From assembly GCA_965219995.1 (NCBI GenBank), contig CBDCOX010000002.1, positions 5,024,001-5,088,000 on the forward strand: a stretch of 64,000 nt of DNA. Reading direction: 5' to 3'. This DNA comes from Candidatus Latescibacterota bacterium (lineage in GTDB: Bacteria > Latescibacterota > UBA2968 > GCA-2709665). A model generated the notes under the pieces. That model searched no databases and had not been told where the DNA came from. It saw nothing but the letters and a program-made list of their open reading frames with translations. Below, piece by piece: positions 22,970 through 32,075 of this stretch (position 1 is the first letter of the stretch; each line of letters begins with the position of its first letter). The translations under genes and the position numbers were made by a program.

Positions 22970-23437
22970 TTGGATCGGGCGGTCTGGAAAGAGATTCACG
23001 ATCACGCACGAAGGGATTACCCTGCCGAATGCTGCGGGATTGTCGCGGAAGGGACGGACGGCGGTTTTCAGGTGCATCCTTGCGAGAACATTCAGGACCG
23101 GCTGCACGCGCGAAACCCGGAGGAACATCCTCGGACCTCGAAAAACGCCTATCGGATGGACGATCTGGAAGTCCACTGGATTTTTACGGAGACGGAGAAG
23201 GCGGGCGGACGCGTGGTCGCGTTCTATCATTCGCACATCGACTGCGGCGCGTATTTTTCCGAGGAGGACCGCCAGGCCGCCATGTTCCTGGATCAGCCGG
23301 CCTTTCCCGACGTGGTGTACCTGGTGGTCTCCGTGGTGGACGGCGCCGTACGTGGCGCGGCGGGGTTCGCGTGGGACGAGAAGGCGAAGACATTTGCGGA
23401 ATCGGCGCTGGAGGGCTACGATCCGGCAATCCGATAG
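22970..23437 (+). CDS. mec: JAMM/MPN+ (M67) metallopeptidase, Mec-like
   Basis: YPAECCG and YHSHIDCGAYFSEED (E...HSH-x7-S-xx-D); TTG start with AAGGAG. Confidence 0.88.
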   Translation: MDRAVWKEIHDHARRDYPAECCGIVAEGTDGGFQVHPCENIQDRLHARNPEEHPRTSKNAYRMDDLEVHWIFTETEKAGGRVVAFYHSHIDCGAYFSEEDRQAAMFLDQPAFPDVVYLVVSVVDGAVRGAAGFAWDEKAKTFAESALEGYDPAIR

Positions 23438-23564
23438 AGTCCGGATCGCGGGTGCGTGTGGCGAGGAACAAATAGCGTTCGGGCGCGAGGAAAAACGGAC
23501 AATCCGACGCGTTCATACGACAAATGCGGCTACTCAATTCAACCACAATCAGGAGGCTTGTACG

Positions 23565-23849
23565 ATGGGCTTGACCGTACGAATTCCGACGCCGCTGCGA
23601 AAATTCACGGGCGACCGCGCGGACGTTGAAGCCGATGGCTCGACGCTGGGAGAATTGCTCGACGACCTGGAAGCCAGACATCCGGGCATCAAGGAGAATC
23701 TGGTCGATGCGGACACCGGGGGCCTGCGCCGGTTTGTGAACGTATACGTCAACGACGAGGACGTCCGTTTTCTCGAGGGTACGGAGACGCCGCTCAAAGA
23801 CGGCGATAGCATAACCATTGTTCCGGCCATCGCCGGAGGGCGATGTTAG
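23565..23849 (+). CDS. cysO: ubiquitin-like sulfur carrier (CysO/MoaD family) ending GG-RC
   Basis: VRIPTPLRK, RRFVNVYVNDEDVRFL, IVPAIAGG then RC-stop; SD AGGAGG. Confidence 0.88.
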   Translation: MGLTVRIPTPLRKFTGDRADVEADGSTLGELLDDLEARHPGIKENLVDADTGGLRRFVNVYVNDEDVRFLEGTETPLKDGDSITIVPAIAGGRC

Positions 23850-23895
23850 CTTTACTGCCGTAGCCCATCTCCGCCATGCTGTTCGGAGGCCGCCG

Positions 23896-24324
23896 ATGCA
23901 GATCTCCTCGAAGGGAAACTACGGATTGCGTGCCGTTCTGGATCTGGCGCTGCACTACGGCGAGGGGGTCGTGCAGAGTGCGGACATCGCGACCCGACAG
24001 GACATTCCGGAGTCCTATCTTGCACAGTTGCTGAACCTGCTCCGCAATGCCGGGCTGGTGCGGAGCGTCAGGGGTCCTCGGGGCGGCCACGAGCTGGTCC
24101 GCCGGCCTGAAGACGTTACCGTGGGGGCGGTCCTGCAGGTCCTCGAGGGGCCGGTCCGGTTGTCCGGAGAAACGCCGGAAGGCGAGCACGGGACAAAGGA
24201 CGTTCTGCGGGAAGTCTATGAACGGCTGGAGGCGGCTGTGGAGGAAGTCCTGGATTCGGTCACGTTCGGCGATCTCTGCGCGAAATATCGAACCAAGAGC
24301 GGGCGAATTGTCTTTCGGATCTAG
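23896..24324 (+). CDS. Rrf2-family transcriptional regulator, CymR-like (no Fe-S Cys triad)
   Basis: ISSKGNYGLRA, IPESYLAQLL, SVRGPRGG; C-terminus IVFRI. Confidence 0.88.
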   Translation: MQISSKGNYGLRAVLDLALHYGEGVVQSADIATRQDIPESYLAQLLNLLRNAGLVRSVRGPRGGHELVRRPEDVTVGAVLQVLEGPVRLSGETPEGEHGTKDVLREVYERLEAAVEEVLDSVTFGDLCAKYRTKSGRIVFRI

Positions 24325-24329
24325 ATATT

Positions 24330-25280
24330 ATGCCCACCGCCGGAGCGTACCCATTGGATTCCCTCAGGAAGGGCGAGAGCATTCTGGATCTCATCGGCGC
24401 GACGCCCATGGTCCGCCTGAACCGGGTGGCGCGCGCTGAGGGCGCCGACGTGTGGGCCAAACTGGAGGCATTCAATCCGGCGGGCAGCGTGAAAGACCGC
24501 ACGGCGCTGGCCATGATCGAGGCGGCCGAAGCGCGCGGGGCACTGAAGCCCGGAATGAGAATCATCGAGCCCACCAGCGGGAACACGGGCATCGGGCTGG
24601 CGATGGTGGCCGCCGTGAAGGGGTACCGGCTGACGATTACCATGCCGGAGGGCGTCAGCGACGAACGCCAGAAGCTGCTCAGGGCGCTCGGCGCCGAGGT
24701 CGTGTTGACGTCGGCCTATGACGGGATGCAGGGTACCATTCAGAAAGCGCTGGAACTGGTCGAGGACGGTACGGAGTGTTATCTGCCTCAACAGTTCGAA
24801 AATCCGGCCAATCCGGACGTGCACCGTCGAACGACGGCGCGGGAGATCCTGCGGCAGATGGATGGAGCGCCCGACGTCTTCGTCGCGGGCGTGGGCACAG
24901 GCGGGACGGTCACCGGCGTGGGAGAGGTCCTGAAGGCGGAATTTCCGGAAACCTGCATTGTCGGCGTCGAACCCCAGGATTCCGCGGTGTTGTCCGGCGG
25001 CCAAGCCGGACCCACGGAAATCGACGGGCTTGGCGCCGGGATGGTCCCCGACGTGCTCAATGTGGATATCCTCGACCGCGTCGTTCCGGTGACCAATGTT
25101 CAGGCGCGACGGATGTCGCGCAGACTGGCGAGAGAAGAGGGCATCCTGGCCGGCATTTCATCCGGCGCCGCGGCCCATGCCGCCACAGCGATTGCCCGCC
25201 CGATGTCGCCGGATAAACGTGTGGTCGTGATCCTGCCGGATACGGGTGAACGTTATATGGACGCTTATCTCTTTGCGTAA
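24330..25280 (+). CDS. cysK: cysteine synthase A-like protein
   Basis: NPAGSVKDR, EPTSGNTG, QQFENPAN, GVGTGGT, GISSGA, DTGERY. Confidence 0.9.
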   Translation: MPTAGAYPLDSLRKGESILDLIGATPMVRLNRVARAEGADVWAKLEAFNPAGSVKDRTALAMIEAAEARGALKPGMRIIEPTSGNTGIGLAMVAAVKGYRLTITMPEGVSDERQKLLRALGAEVVLTSAYDGMQGTIQKALELVEDGTECYLPQQFENPANPDVHRRTTAREILRQMDGAPDVFVAGVGTGGTVTGVGEVLKAEFPETCIVGVEPQDSAVLSGGQAGPTEIDGLGAGMVPDVLNVDILDRVVPVTNVQARRMSRRLAREEGILAGISSGAAAHAATAIARPMSPDKRVVVILPDTGERYMDAYLFA

Positions 25281-25293
25281 GCGGGTCCGAAAA

Positions 25294-25332
25294 AAAACGC
25301 GCCCGGTGTCTACTGAGACACCGGGCGCGTTT
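25294..25332. terminator. bidirectional terminator between cysK and rpsT
   Basis: AAACGCGCCCGGTGTCT-loop-AGACACCGGGCGCGTTT. Confidence 0.85.
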
Positions 25333-25350
25333 CTGTCTACGAGAGGTCGT

Positions 25351-25602
25351 CTACATGGCATTTGCCCGTCGCGCGAGGTCGGATTTGTACCTGGCAGCGG
25401 TGTTTCGATGCAGGACACCCTTCCGTACGCTTTTGTCAATGACCGATACAGCCTGCGGCATCAACGCTTCCATTTCCCCTCTGTCACTGGTATTCGCCGC
25501 CTTTTTGAGGACGGTTCTCAGAGCGGAACGCGCGCTTCGATTGCGCAGCCGGGCTCTCCGGTTCTGCCGGAGCCTCTTGTGGGAAGACTTGAGCGTGGGC
25601 AA
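25351..25602 (-). CDS. rpsT: 30S ribosomal protein S20
   Basis: KSSHKRLRQN, KGVLHRNTAARYKS; TTG start with GGAGG. Confidence 0.93.
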   Translation of the reverse strand: MPTLKSSHKRLRQNRRARLRNRSARSALRTVLKKAANTSDRGEMEALMPQAVSVIDKSVRKGVLHRNTAARYKSDLARRANAM

Positions 25603-25809
25603 TTCGTACCTCCTTCGCGCCCCCGCGGGCGGGAGCGAACAATTCAGATTTCATCAGATATCGAAGCGAAAAATGTAATAAAAAACGTCACCTTCCACAA
25701 CAGAATTATTGAAAGTTCCTGAATACCATTTCGTTTCCCTTGCGCCGCAACCGCTTTATTTCCCGACAGATCGTAAAATTTCCCGCCGTGCGGACTGCCG
25801 CGCCGGTTC

Positions 25810-26730
25810 TCAATTGACCTTCAGTAAATCCACCTCGAAGACGAGCGTCGAGCCGGGCGGGATTGTGGCAATGCTGCGGTCGCCGTAGGCAAGATGGGAA
25901 GGTATGTAGAACACATATTTGGCGCCTTCCTTCATCAGCTGCAATCCCTCCGTCCAGCCTCTGATGACGCCGTTGAGCGGGAATGTTGCCGGTTTTCCGC
26001 GTTTGATGGAGCTGTCGAATTCGGTGCCGTCGAGAAGGGTGCCCCGGTAGTGCACCGTCACCTTGTCGGTGGCGGAGGGCGACTTCCCGGTACCCTCTCT
26101 GGTCACCTTATACTGCAGTCCGCTCGGGAGCTCAACGACGCCGTCCCTTGTCTTGTTTTCCGCCAGGAACTGCCTGCCCTCCTCTTTGTTCTTCATCGCC
26201 ATTTCTCCAATGTTGGGTCTCGCGCCGCGCGCCTTCATCTGCGCCCGCTGCTTTTCGATCATCGTTTCCCGCAGCGAAGCCATTGTGGCTTCGATCTCCT
26301 CTTTGGTCATCCGCGATTCTGTTTTTAATACGCGGTCCTTTACACCGAGCGAGAACGCATCGGGGTCAACTTCAATTCCACTATTCTGGCGCAGGCCGTT
26401 TACGATGTCTCTGCCCACGGCGTAACCGAGCGAATAGTTGAGTTTCTGCGTGTCCGGTATGTCTTTCTCCTGGCGAAAGGCCAGCAGCGTCTGCTCCATT
26501 TCCTCACGGGTGTAGAGGGTCCCGCCGCCCGCCGCCGCTTCTCTGACGCCCTTTCCGTACGCATCGGCATCGAGCGGGATCTGCGTTTTTTGCAGCCCTT
26601 TCGCGACTTCCTGGCCGATCGTGAATCCCAGGCTGTAGCTGGTTCGCTCGTTTTCGGTTGCCAGTTCCTTTTTTTCTGCTTCACATGCGATGAGTAGAAG
26701 CGATACAAGCAATATACATCCTTTTCTCAT
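25810..26730 (-). CDS. FKBP-type peptidyl-prolyl isomerase lipoprotein with tandem N-terminal domains
   Basis: Lipobox LIAC; two SYSLG/NYSLG modules; SGLQYKV, VHYRGTL, FDSS, VIRGWTEG, LAYG. Confidence 0.92.
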   Translation of the reverse strand: MRKGCILLVSLLLIACEAEKKELATENERTSYSLGFTIGQEVAKGLQKTQIPLDADAYGKGVREAAAGGGTLYTREEMEQTLLAFRQEKDIPDTQKLNYSLGYAVGRDIVNGLRQNSGIEVDPDAFSLGVKDRVLKTESRMTKEEIEATMASLRETMIEKQRAQMKARGARPNIGEMAMKNKEEGRQFLAENKTRDGVVELPSGLQYKVTREGTGKSPSATDKVTVHYRGTLLDGTEFDSSIKRGKPATFPLNGVIRGWTEGLQLMKEGAKYVFYIPSHLAYGDRSIATIPPGSTLVFEVDLLKVN

Positions 26731-26859
26731 TGAACTCTCCTGTCTGATTGGGTGAATTCTCCGCTTGCCGCGGCACATCAGGAACGGGAGTCGTGTCGAA
26801 CGGGCAAAAGAGGCTGACACTTCCGTTCATGGCCCGCCGTCGAACGGCGCCGTTCGTGG

Positions 26860-27627
26860 TCAGCGTATGTAGATCCCTCCGTTGGCGTCGATGATTTCGC
26901 CTGTGATGAAGCTGCCCTGGTCCGATGCGAGGAGCAGCACGGCGCCGACCATTTCCTCGGGTCGGCCTACGCGCTTCAGCGGTGTGGCTTCTCCAAAGGA
27001 CTCGAGTTGCTCCGGTGTGGAGTGCCGGTGCTGCATCGGGGTGTCGATCACGCCCGGCGCAAGGGCATTGACCCGGATGCCGAACGGCGCAAGCTCTCTG
27101 GCGAGTCCCCGTGTGAAGGTATTGACGCCGCCCTTTGCCGTGCCGTAGGGCAGGGTGCCGCCGCCCCCCCCGGTATGACCCGCCACCGACGAGATATTTA
27201 CAATGACGCCGGCGCCGGTTTCTTTCATGGCGGGAATGGCCGCGCGACAGCAAAGGAAAACACTCTTCAGGTTGACGCTGATGATGTGGTCCCACACGTC
27301 GTCCGGGCACTCCGCAATGGACACCTTGTCCATCCACTGACCGGCGTTGTTGATCAGTACATCCAGTCGTCCGCCGTAGACTTCGAGGGTATGGTCCACC
27401 AGGCGCTGGACGTCTCGGGCGCTGCAGACGTCGGTCCTTACGGTCTCGACGCGGCCCTCCGACGTCGCGGCGTCTGCTTTGAGCGCGTCCGCGCCGGCCT
27501 TGTTGCTATTGTAGGTGGCCATGACCGATGCGCCCTCGTTCGCCAGGGCGAGTGCGACCGCCCGGCCGATTCCGCTGCTGGCGCCGGTTACGACAGCAAC
27601 TCTGCCGGTGAATTGCCGGTTACTCAT
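26860..27627 (-). CDS. short-chain dehydrogenase/reductase
   Basis: TGASSGIG, NNAG, YGTAK, VNALAPG. Confidence 0.9.
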   Translation of the reverse strand: MSNRQFTGRVAVVTGASSGIGRAVALALANEGASVMATYNSNKAGADALKADAATSEGRVETVRTDVCSARDVQRLVDHTLEVYGGRLDVLINNAGQWMDKVSIAECPDDVWDHIISVNLKSVFLCCRAAIPAMKETGAGVIVNISSVAGHTGGGGGTLPYGTAKGGVNTFTRGLARELAPFGIRVNALAPGVIDTPMQHRHSTPEQLESFGEATPLKRVGRPEEMVGAVLLLASDQGSFITGEIIDANGGIYIR

Positions 27628-27669
27628 ATCTGTCCTCTCTCGGTGCAAGTTGCTGTTCGGCGTCATTAA

Positions 27670-28437
27670 TCATGGCTTGTCGAAGAGCCTCTTCCAGTCC
27701 GAGAATGCCATCTGTCCACCGTCCGCGACAAGCGTCTGTCCGGTAATGAACCGGGCGTCTTCAGTGGTGAGAAAGTATGCAATACCCGCGATTTCTTCCG
27801 GTTCGCCGTAGCGGCCCTGAGGAATGAGCTTGAGGTAATTTCCCAGGGTCTCGGCGTCGTCCAGCAGGTCGTCGTTCGCCGGCGTGTTGATCACGCCGGG
27901 GCAGATCGCGTTGACGCGTACGTTGTGCGACGCGAATTCTCCCGCGGCGGTCCGGGTAAAGGCGACAAGCGCCGCTTTGGAGGAGTCGTACGCCGCGGAG
28001 CCCTTGCTGGATACCATTGCATTTCGGGACGCGATATTGACGATTGCGCCGTCGCCTCGTTCGATCATCCCGGGTGCGGTTTCCCGGGTCAGGATGAACG
28101 GGGCAGTGGCGTTGATCCTGTATATTTCCTCCCACCGGTCGAGGGCGATGTCGACCAGGGGTTCATAGCACCAGGCCCCGGCATTGTTCACAAGTACGTC
28201 AATGGTGCCGTTCTCTCTTGCGAGGCCCGCCACCAGTTCCGGTATGGACTCCAGATCGTTCAGGTCGAAGACGCACGGAATGACGCCGCAAACCCGCCCG
28301 GCCAGTTTTTCGAGGGCGCGCTCCGAACGGTCCAGGGCGACAATCCGATCGCCTTCGTTTGAGAACCGTTCCGCAATCGCTCTCCCGATGCCGCTGGCGG
28401 CGCCGGTGACCAGCGCCAGCCTTCCGGACCTGTTCAT
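27670..28437 (-). CDS. short-chain dehydrogenase/reductase
   Basis: TGAASGIG, NNAG, YDSSK, VNAICPG. Confidence 0.9.
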   Translation of the reverse strand: MNRSGRLALVTGAASGIGRAIAERFSNEGDRIVALDRSERALEKLAGRVCGVIPCVFDLNDLESIPELVAGLARENGTIDVLVNNAGAWCYEPLVDIALDRWEEIYRINATAPFILTRETAPGMIERGDGAIVNIASRNAMVSSKGSAAYDSSKAALVAFTRTAAGEFASHNVRVNAICPGVINTPANDDLLDDAETLGNYLKLIPQGRYGEPEEIAGIAYFLTTEDARFITGQTLVADGGQMAFSDWKRLFDKP

Positions 28438-28528
28438 GGACGAACGCCTCCGGATCGACGGACGACCCCGCAACGCGGGAAGAGAAACGACATGAATCCG
28501 CCGACCTTTCGCCGCGTGATCGTGTCCA

Positions 28529-29731
28529 CTACAGCCATCCCGCGACGGTCCACATGGCGCTCAGCCGCCCGAAGGGTGCGTTGACGAGTCTCCGGGCATC
28601 CGCCACGGGGTCGCCCCCGTAGGTGCGAATGAACTCGGCACGGATCCGTTCTTCCAGGCCCGTGGTTGCTTTCAGCGGGATGTCGACCCAGCCGCCCCCC
28701 GTGTCCGCGCTTTCCCGCACCGCCACCCACATTTCAAAGTCCAGCCGGCCACCGGCGGCGCCGTATTGCGGTTTTGTATTGCGGGTGACGGCCGTATGCA
28801 GACTCTCGAGGATGGCGGCTTTGGCCACGTCGTCCTGGCTGGAGACCCTGTACGGCTTGTACGGATTGTCCCAGGCGACGGGAGGGTCCGTGTCCACCTG
28901 AACCCTCGCCAGGACCCGTTCTCCATTGACTTCTTCATAGATTTCGCGAATGGGATAGGTCTCGCGCCCGGCGGGGTTGTAAAGCGTCAATTCGCCGCCC
29001 GAGAGGTAACCGTTCAGACCTTCGATGTCCCAGTTCATGCCGGAAGCGGCGCCGGGGGCGGTGGGCATCTCGTAGATGCACGCCACGTCGTTTTCGAATT
29101 CGATCACGCCGGATTCCCACCATCGGGCCGTTTCGTCACCCCCGCCGTAGTTCTTGTAGGGCGGTACCTCTACGGCCTGGGCGTAGCCCATCGCGCGCCG
29201 GGGTCTGCTGTCCAGAATGGCACGAACGGCGTTCAGGCCGTGGTAACTGCCCGCGGGATACCGGAGACGGGCATGGGTGAGCCTGCCCAGGACGCCTTCT
29301 CGCGCGATTTTCTGTTTGAGCCGTTCGTTGGGCCAGAGCCAGACGTTTTCAGCGACCTCCCACTTCAGTCCCTTTGCCCCTGCCGCGCGGTCGATCGCGT
29401 CTCCCATGTCCAGCGTGAGCGCATAGGGGATTTCGGTGACGATATGGCAACCGTGCGCAACGCCCGCGAGGGCCGCCACCGTCTGACCGTCGGTGGGGAG
29501 CAGGACAAAAAAGACATCCGGCTTCTGTTCTTCAAGCAGCGTTTCGATACCCGTATAGCGCGCCGGAACGTCGAACAATTCCCCCGCCGCGTGCAGGGCG
29601 TCTTCACCGGCGTCGCAGATTGCGCAAAGGTCGTAGAGATGCGCCAGCTTACGGATCGTGGCCAGGTAGCCTCTGGCGCGCGATCCCGGCTGGGCGCCGA
29701 CACCGGCAACGGCCATGCGCAGCCTGGGCAT
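28529..29731 (-). CDS. Gfo/Idh/MocA-family oxidoreductase
   Basis: N-terminal Rossmann fold, EIP in place of the EKP motif, VAENV, SYHGL. Confidence 0.75.
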   Translation of the reverse strand: MPRLRMAVAGVGAQPGSRARGYLATIRKLAHLYDLCAICDAGEDALHAAGELFDVPARYTGIETLLEEQKPDVFFVLLPTDGQTVAALAGVAHGCHIVTEIPYALTLDMGDAIDRAAGAKGLKWEVAENVWLWPNERLKQKIAREGVLGRLTHARLRYPAGSYHGLNAVRAILDSRPRRAMGYAQAVEVPPYKNYGGGDETARWWESGVIEFENDVACIYEMPTAPGAASGMNWDIEGLNGYLSGGELTLYNPAGRETYPIREIYEEVNGERVLARVQVDTDPPVAWDNPYKPYRVSSQDDVAKAAILESLHTAVTRNTKPQYGAAGGRLDFEMWVAVRESADTGGGWVDIPLKATTGLEERIRAEFIRTYGGDPVADARRLVNAPFGRLSAMWTVAGWL

Positions 29732-29871
29732 GCGAAGGGTTCCTCGAGTTTATACGCGGCGACCGCCCGGTCCCACGCAATGACGCTGAGATCGGGACGA
29801 ACGGTGTGTGATCGCGCCGCGCGGGACTTCCATCGTGTCGGGGTAGGGTGGCTGAAACGCCGTAGATGCGG

Positions 29872-30681
29872 TCACGGGATGTAGTCTTCAGCGCTGTCCT
29901 GGGGGACAAAGCCCAGAACGTCCCGCGCATGGCCCATGTCCACCCAGCAGTACCTGTTGTTGGAGATGCTGTAGAAGATATCGAAGCGGAGATCGTCCGG
30001 CGCGTTGATACAGTCTTCGGTAATCTTCACGACGTCGCGCTGGCTGCACCAGACCGCGGAGAGTTCAGGGCTGGCCGGCCGGTCTTCGGCGTTGACCGCC
30101 CCGATCCGCAGGGAAATACTCGAGAGCCCGTGGACGTCGGCGTAGAATCGAGCCAGGGCTTCGCCCCAGACCTTGCTCGCGGAATAGGGTTCCGTGGGCC
30201 GCGTGGGGTCTTTGTGCGTCACAATGGGGATGGGATCGGGAACCTCGTCGAACCGGCACTCTCTAATGGCCTTGTAGGGTTCGTCGTCCTGATACCCCCA
30301 GTTGGTCATGATGGAACTGGCGTAGATGATCCGACCGACCCCTGCGATGCGGCACGCTTCGAAGACGTTGTAGGCGCCGATCACATTGCTTTTCAGGATG
30401 TCGTCCCAACTCGCTTCGGGCCGGGGATCCGCGGCCATCTGGACAACTGTGTCCATGCCGCTGACGGCGTTCTGCACCGCCTCCGCATCGGAGAGGTCCG
30501 CGAGGTGAAATCTGTCGTCCGGGATGGTGAGTACCCGTCCGTCGGGCGCCCGGTCGGAAGGATAGCGCCTGCGCGCGAGGGCGTAGGTGTCGTATGCGTC
30601 GGGCGACTGGATCAGATGCTCGTAGATGGCGCCGGGAATGAGGCCGTATACGCCGGTGACGAGGACTTTTCGGGGGGGCAT
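29872..30681 (-). CDS. NAD-dependent epimerase/dehydratase (uronate-dehydrogenase-like extended SDR)
   Basis: VLVTGVYGLI, YNVFEA, ASS, YSASKVWGE, LRIG. Confidence 0.82.
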   Translation of the reverse strand: MPPRKVLVTGVYGLIPGAIYEHLIQSPDAYDTYALARRRYPSDRAPDGRVLTIPDDRFHLADLSDAEAVQNAVSGMDTVVQMAADPRPEASWDDILKSNVIGAYNVFEACRIAGVGRIIYASSIMTNWGYQDDEPYKAIRECRFDEVPDPIPIVTHKDPTRPTEPYSASKVWGEALARFYADVHGLSSISLRIGAVNAEDRPASPELSAVWCSQRDVVKITEDCINAPDDLRFDIFYSISNNRYCWVDMGHARDVLGFVPQDSAEDYIP

Positions 30682-30908
30682 GTCACCTCCATAGACGGAT
30701 AGGTTCGAGTGAGAGCAAGGTCCGGTTGAACGTTGGGGCTCTTGAGGTAAATCGAAAGTTTCCAGTTAATTGCAGCGGTCGAGCTGAGATTCTGAACCGA
30801 TGCCGATGCCCGAACGGCACCTGTTCGGCCGGCGGATCAAGGTAACGAAAATGCGTGAATGGCGAAAGAGAAAACGCAAGCGCCCGCCTCATGCGGCAAG
30901 CGCAAAAC

Positions 30909-31021
30909 CGGTGAGACGGTAGATGACCTTGCCCGACTGGCTATTCATCGATGCCTCCGGCACGAAATGAAACCGCACCGGGCAGTGACATCCTCTCCCG
31001 TCTCACGTCTTGCGTCTCACC
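30909..31021. repeat. nested-hairpin intergenic repeat, copy C
   Basis: GGTGAGACGGTAGATGA CCTTGCCCG...TTCATCGATGCCTCCGGCACGAAATGAA..CGGGCA..CCGTCTCACGTCTTGCGTCTCACC. Confidence 0.8.
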
Positions 31022-31078
31022 AGGGGAAGGGGGCTGGGGCGTGAGGGACTCCGGCCAATGGGGAGGAATTGAATTTCG

Positions 31079-31106
31079 TTGACACGCGCCGTGACGATTC
31101 TATATT
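31079..31106 (+). promoter_or_regulatory. sigma70 promoter upstream of pyrH
   Basis: TTGACA-N16-TATATT. Confidence 0.6.
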
Positions 31107-31282
31107 GAATCTGTATAGAATCCAGGGCAGCGTTCCGGATCAGGCACTCGCGATATCCCCATCGGCCCGCCTCGCGACACCGCCATGGCCGGGATCCTCC
31201 CTCTATCCCCGGACCGGACCATTCTCTCCCGTTGATCATCCCTCATTTTCCTCCCATCCGCACCCCGGAGTATACCAGAATA

Positions 31283-32017
31283 ATGAGATACAGGCGAATT
31301 GTACTTAAATTGAGCGGCGCGGCCGTCGCGGGCGATCGGGAATTCGGATTCGATCCGGTTGCACTGGAGTACATTGCGGATGAGATCCTGGCCGTGCACA
31401 GCATGGGCGTCGGCGTGGGTGTCGTTATCGGCGGCGGAAACATTTTCAGGGGGATGCTCGGCGCACAATGGGGAATCGAAGAGTCTGAAGCCCACAACAT
31501 CGGCATGCTGGGTACGATCGTCAACAGCCTGATGTTGCGCGGCGTGATGACCGCCAGGAGCAACGCCGAAGTACGCGTGATGACGGCAATTCCGATCAAC
31601 GCGGTCGCGGAACCCTTTATCCGGCTGCGCGCCATTCACCATATCGAAAAGGGATATATCGTGATCTTCGCCGGGGGCATTGGCAATCCGTACGTGACAA
31701 CGGACTATCCCGGCGTGCAGCGCGCCCTCGAAATTCGAGCCGATGCGATTCTCTTTGCGAAGCACAAGACCGCCGGCGTCTACACCGACGACCCGAACAG
31801 GAGCCCCGAGGCGCGCCTGTATCGCAGCGTCGACTACGATACCGTCGTGCGGGAAAATCTGGGCGCGCTGGACCAGTCCGCGGTGATCCTCGCCCGTGAC
31901 AACCGGCTCCCCATCCATGTTTTCGATTTTGACACGCGCGGGACGATGCGCCGGATTCTCGAGGGCGAGGACCTGGGTACCGTGATCGCGCACGGTTCCG
32001 GAGACGAGTTGGCATAA
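31283..32017 (+). CDS. pyrH: uridylate kinase family protein (atypical paralog)
   Basis: LKLSG, GGGNIFRG, GNPYVTTD, GVYTDDP; start ATG 31283. Confidence 0.85.
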   Translation: MRYRRIVLKLSGAAVAGDREFGFDPVALEYIADEILAVHSMGVGVGVVIGGGNIFRGMLGAQWGIEESEAHNIGMLGTIVNSLMLRGVMTARSNAEVRVMTAIPINAVAEPFIRLRAIHHIEKGYIVIFAGGIGNPYVTTDYPGVQRALEIRADAILFAKHKTAGVYTDDPNRSPEARLYRSVDYDTVVRENLGALDQSAVILARDNRLPIHVFDFDTRGTMRRILEGEDLGTVIAHGSGDELA

Positions 32018-32075
32018 TGGCAGCCGCGAGGGAACGCGCATGTATAGATGAATTCGAATTCGGGGGTCCGTACCA

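Noticed and set aside
21620-23236. 538-aa minus-strand ORF
   Set aside because: Antisense to cysM and mec and runs through repeat DNA; no recognisable domain
23040-23564. Apparent long N-terminal extension on the sulfur carrier
   Set aside because: Out-of-frame overlap with mec; strong SD supports ATG 23565
31107-31282. Long pyrH leader as a PyrR attenuator
   Set aside because: AATCCAGGGCAG only partly resembles the PyrR loop and no terminator with a U-tract is present
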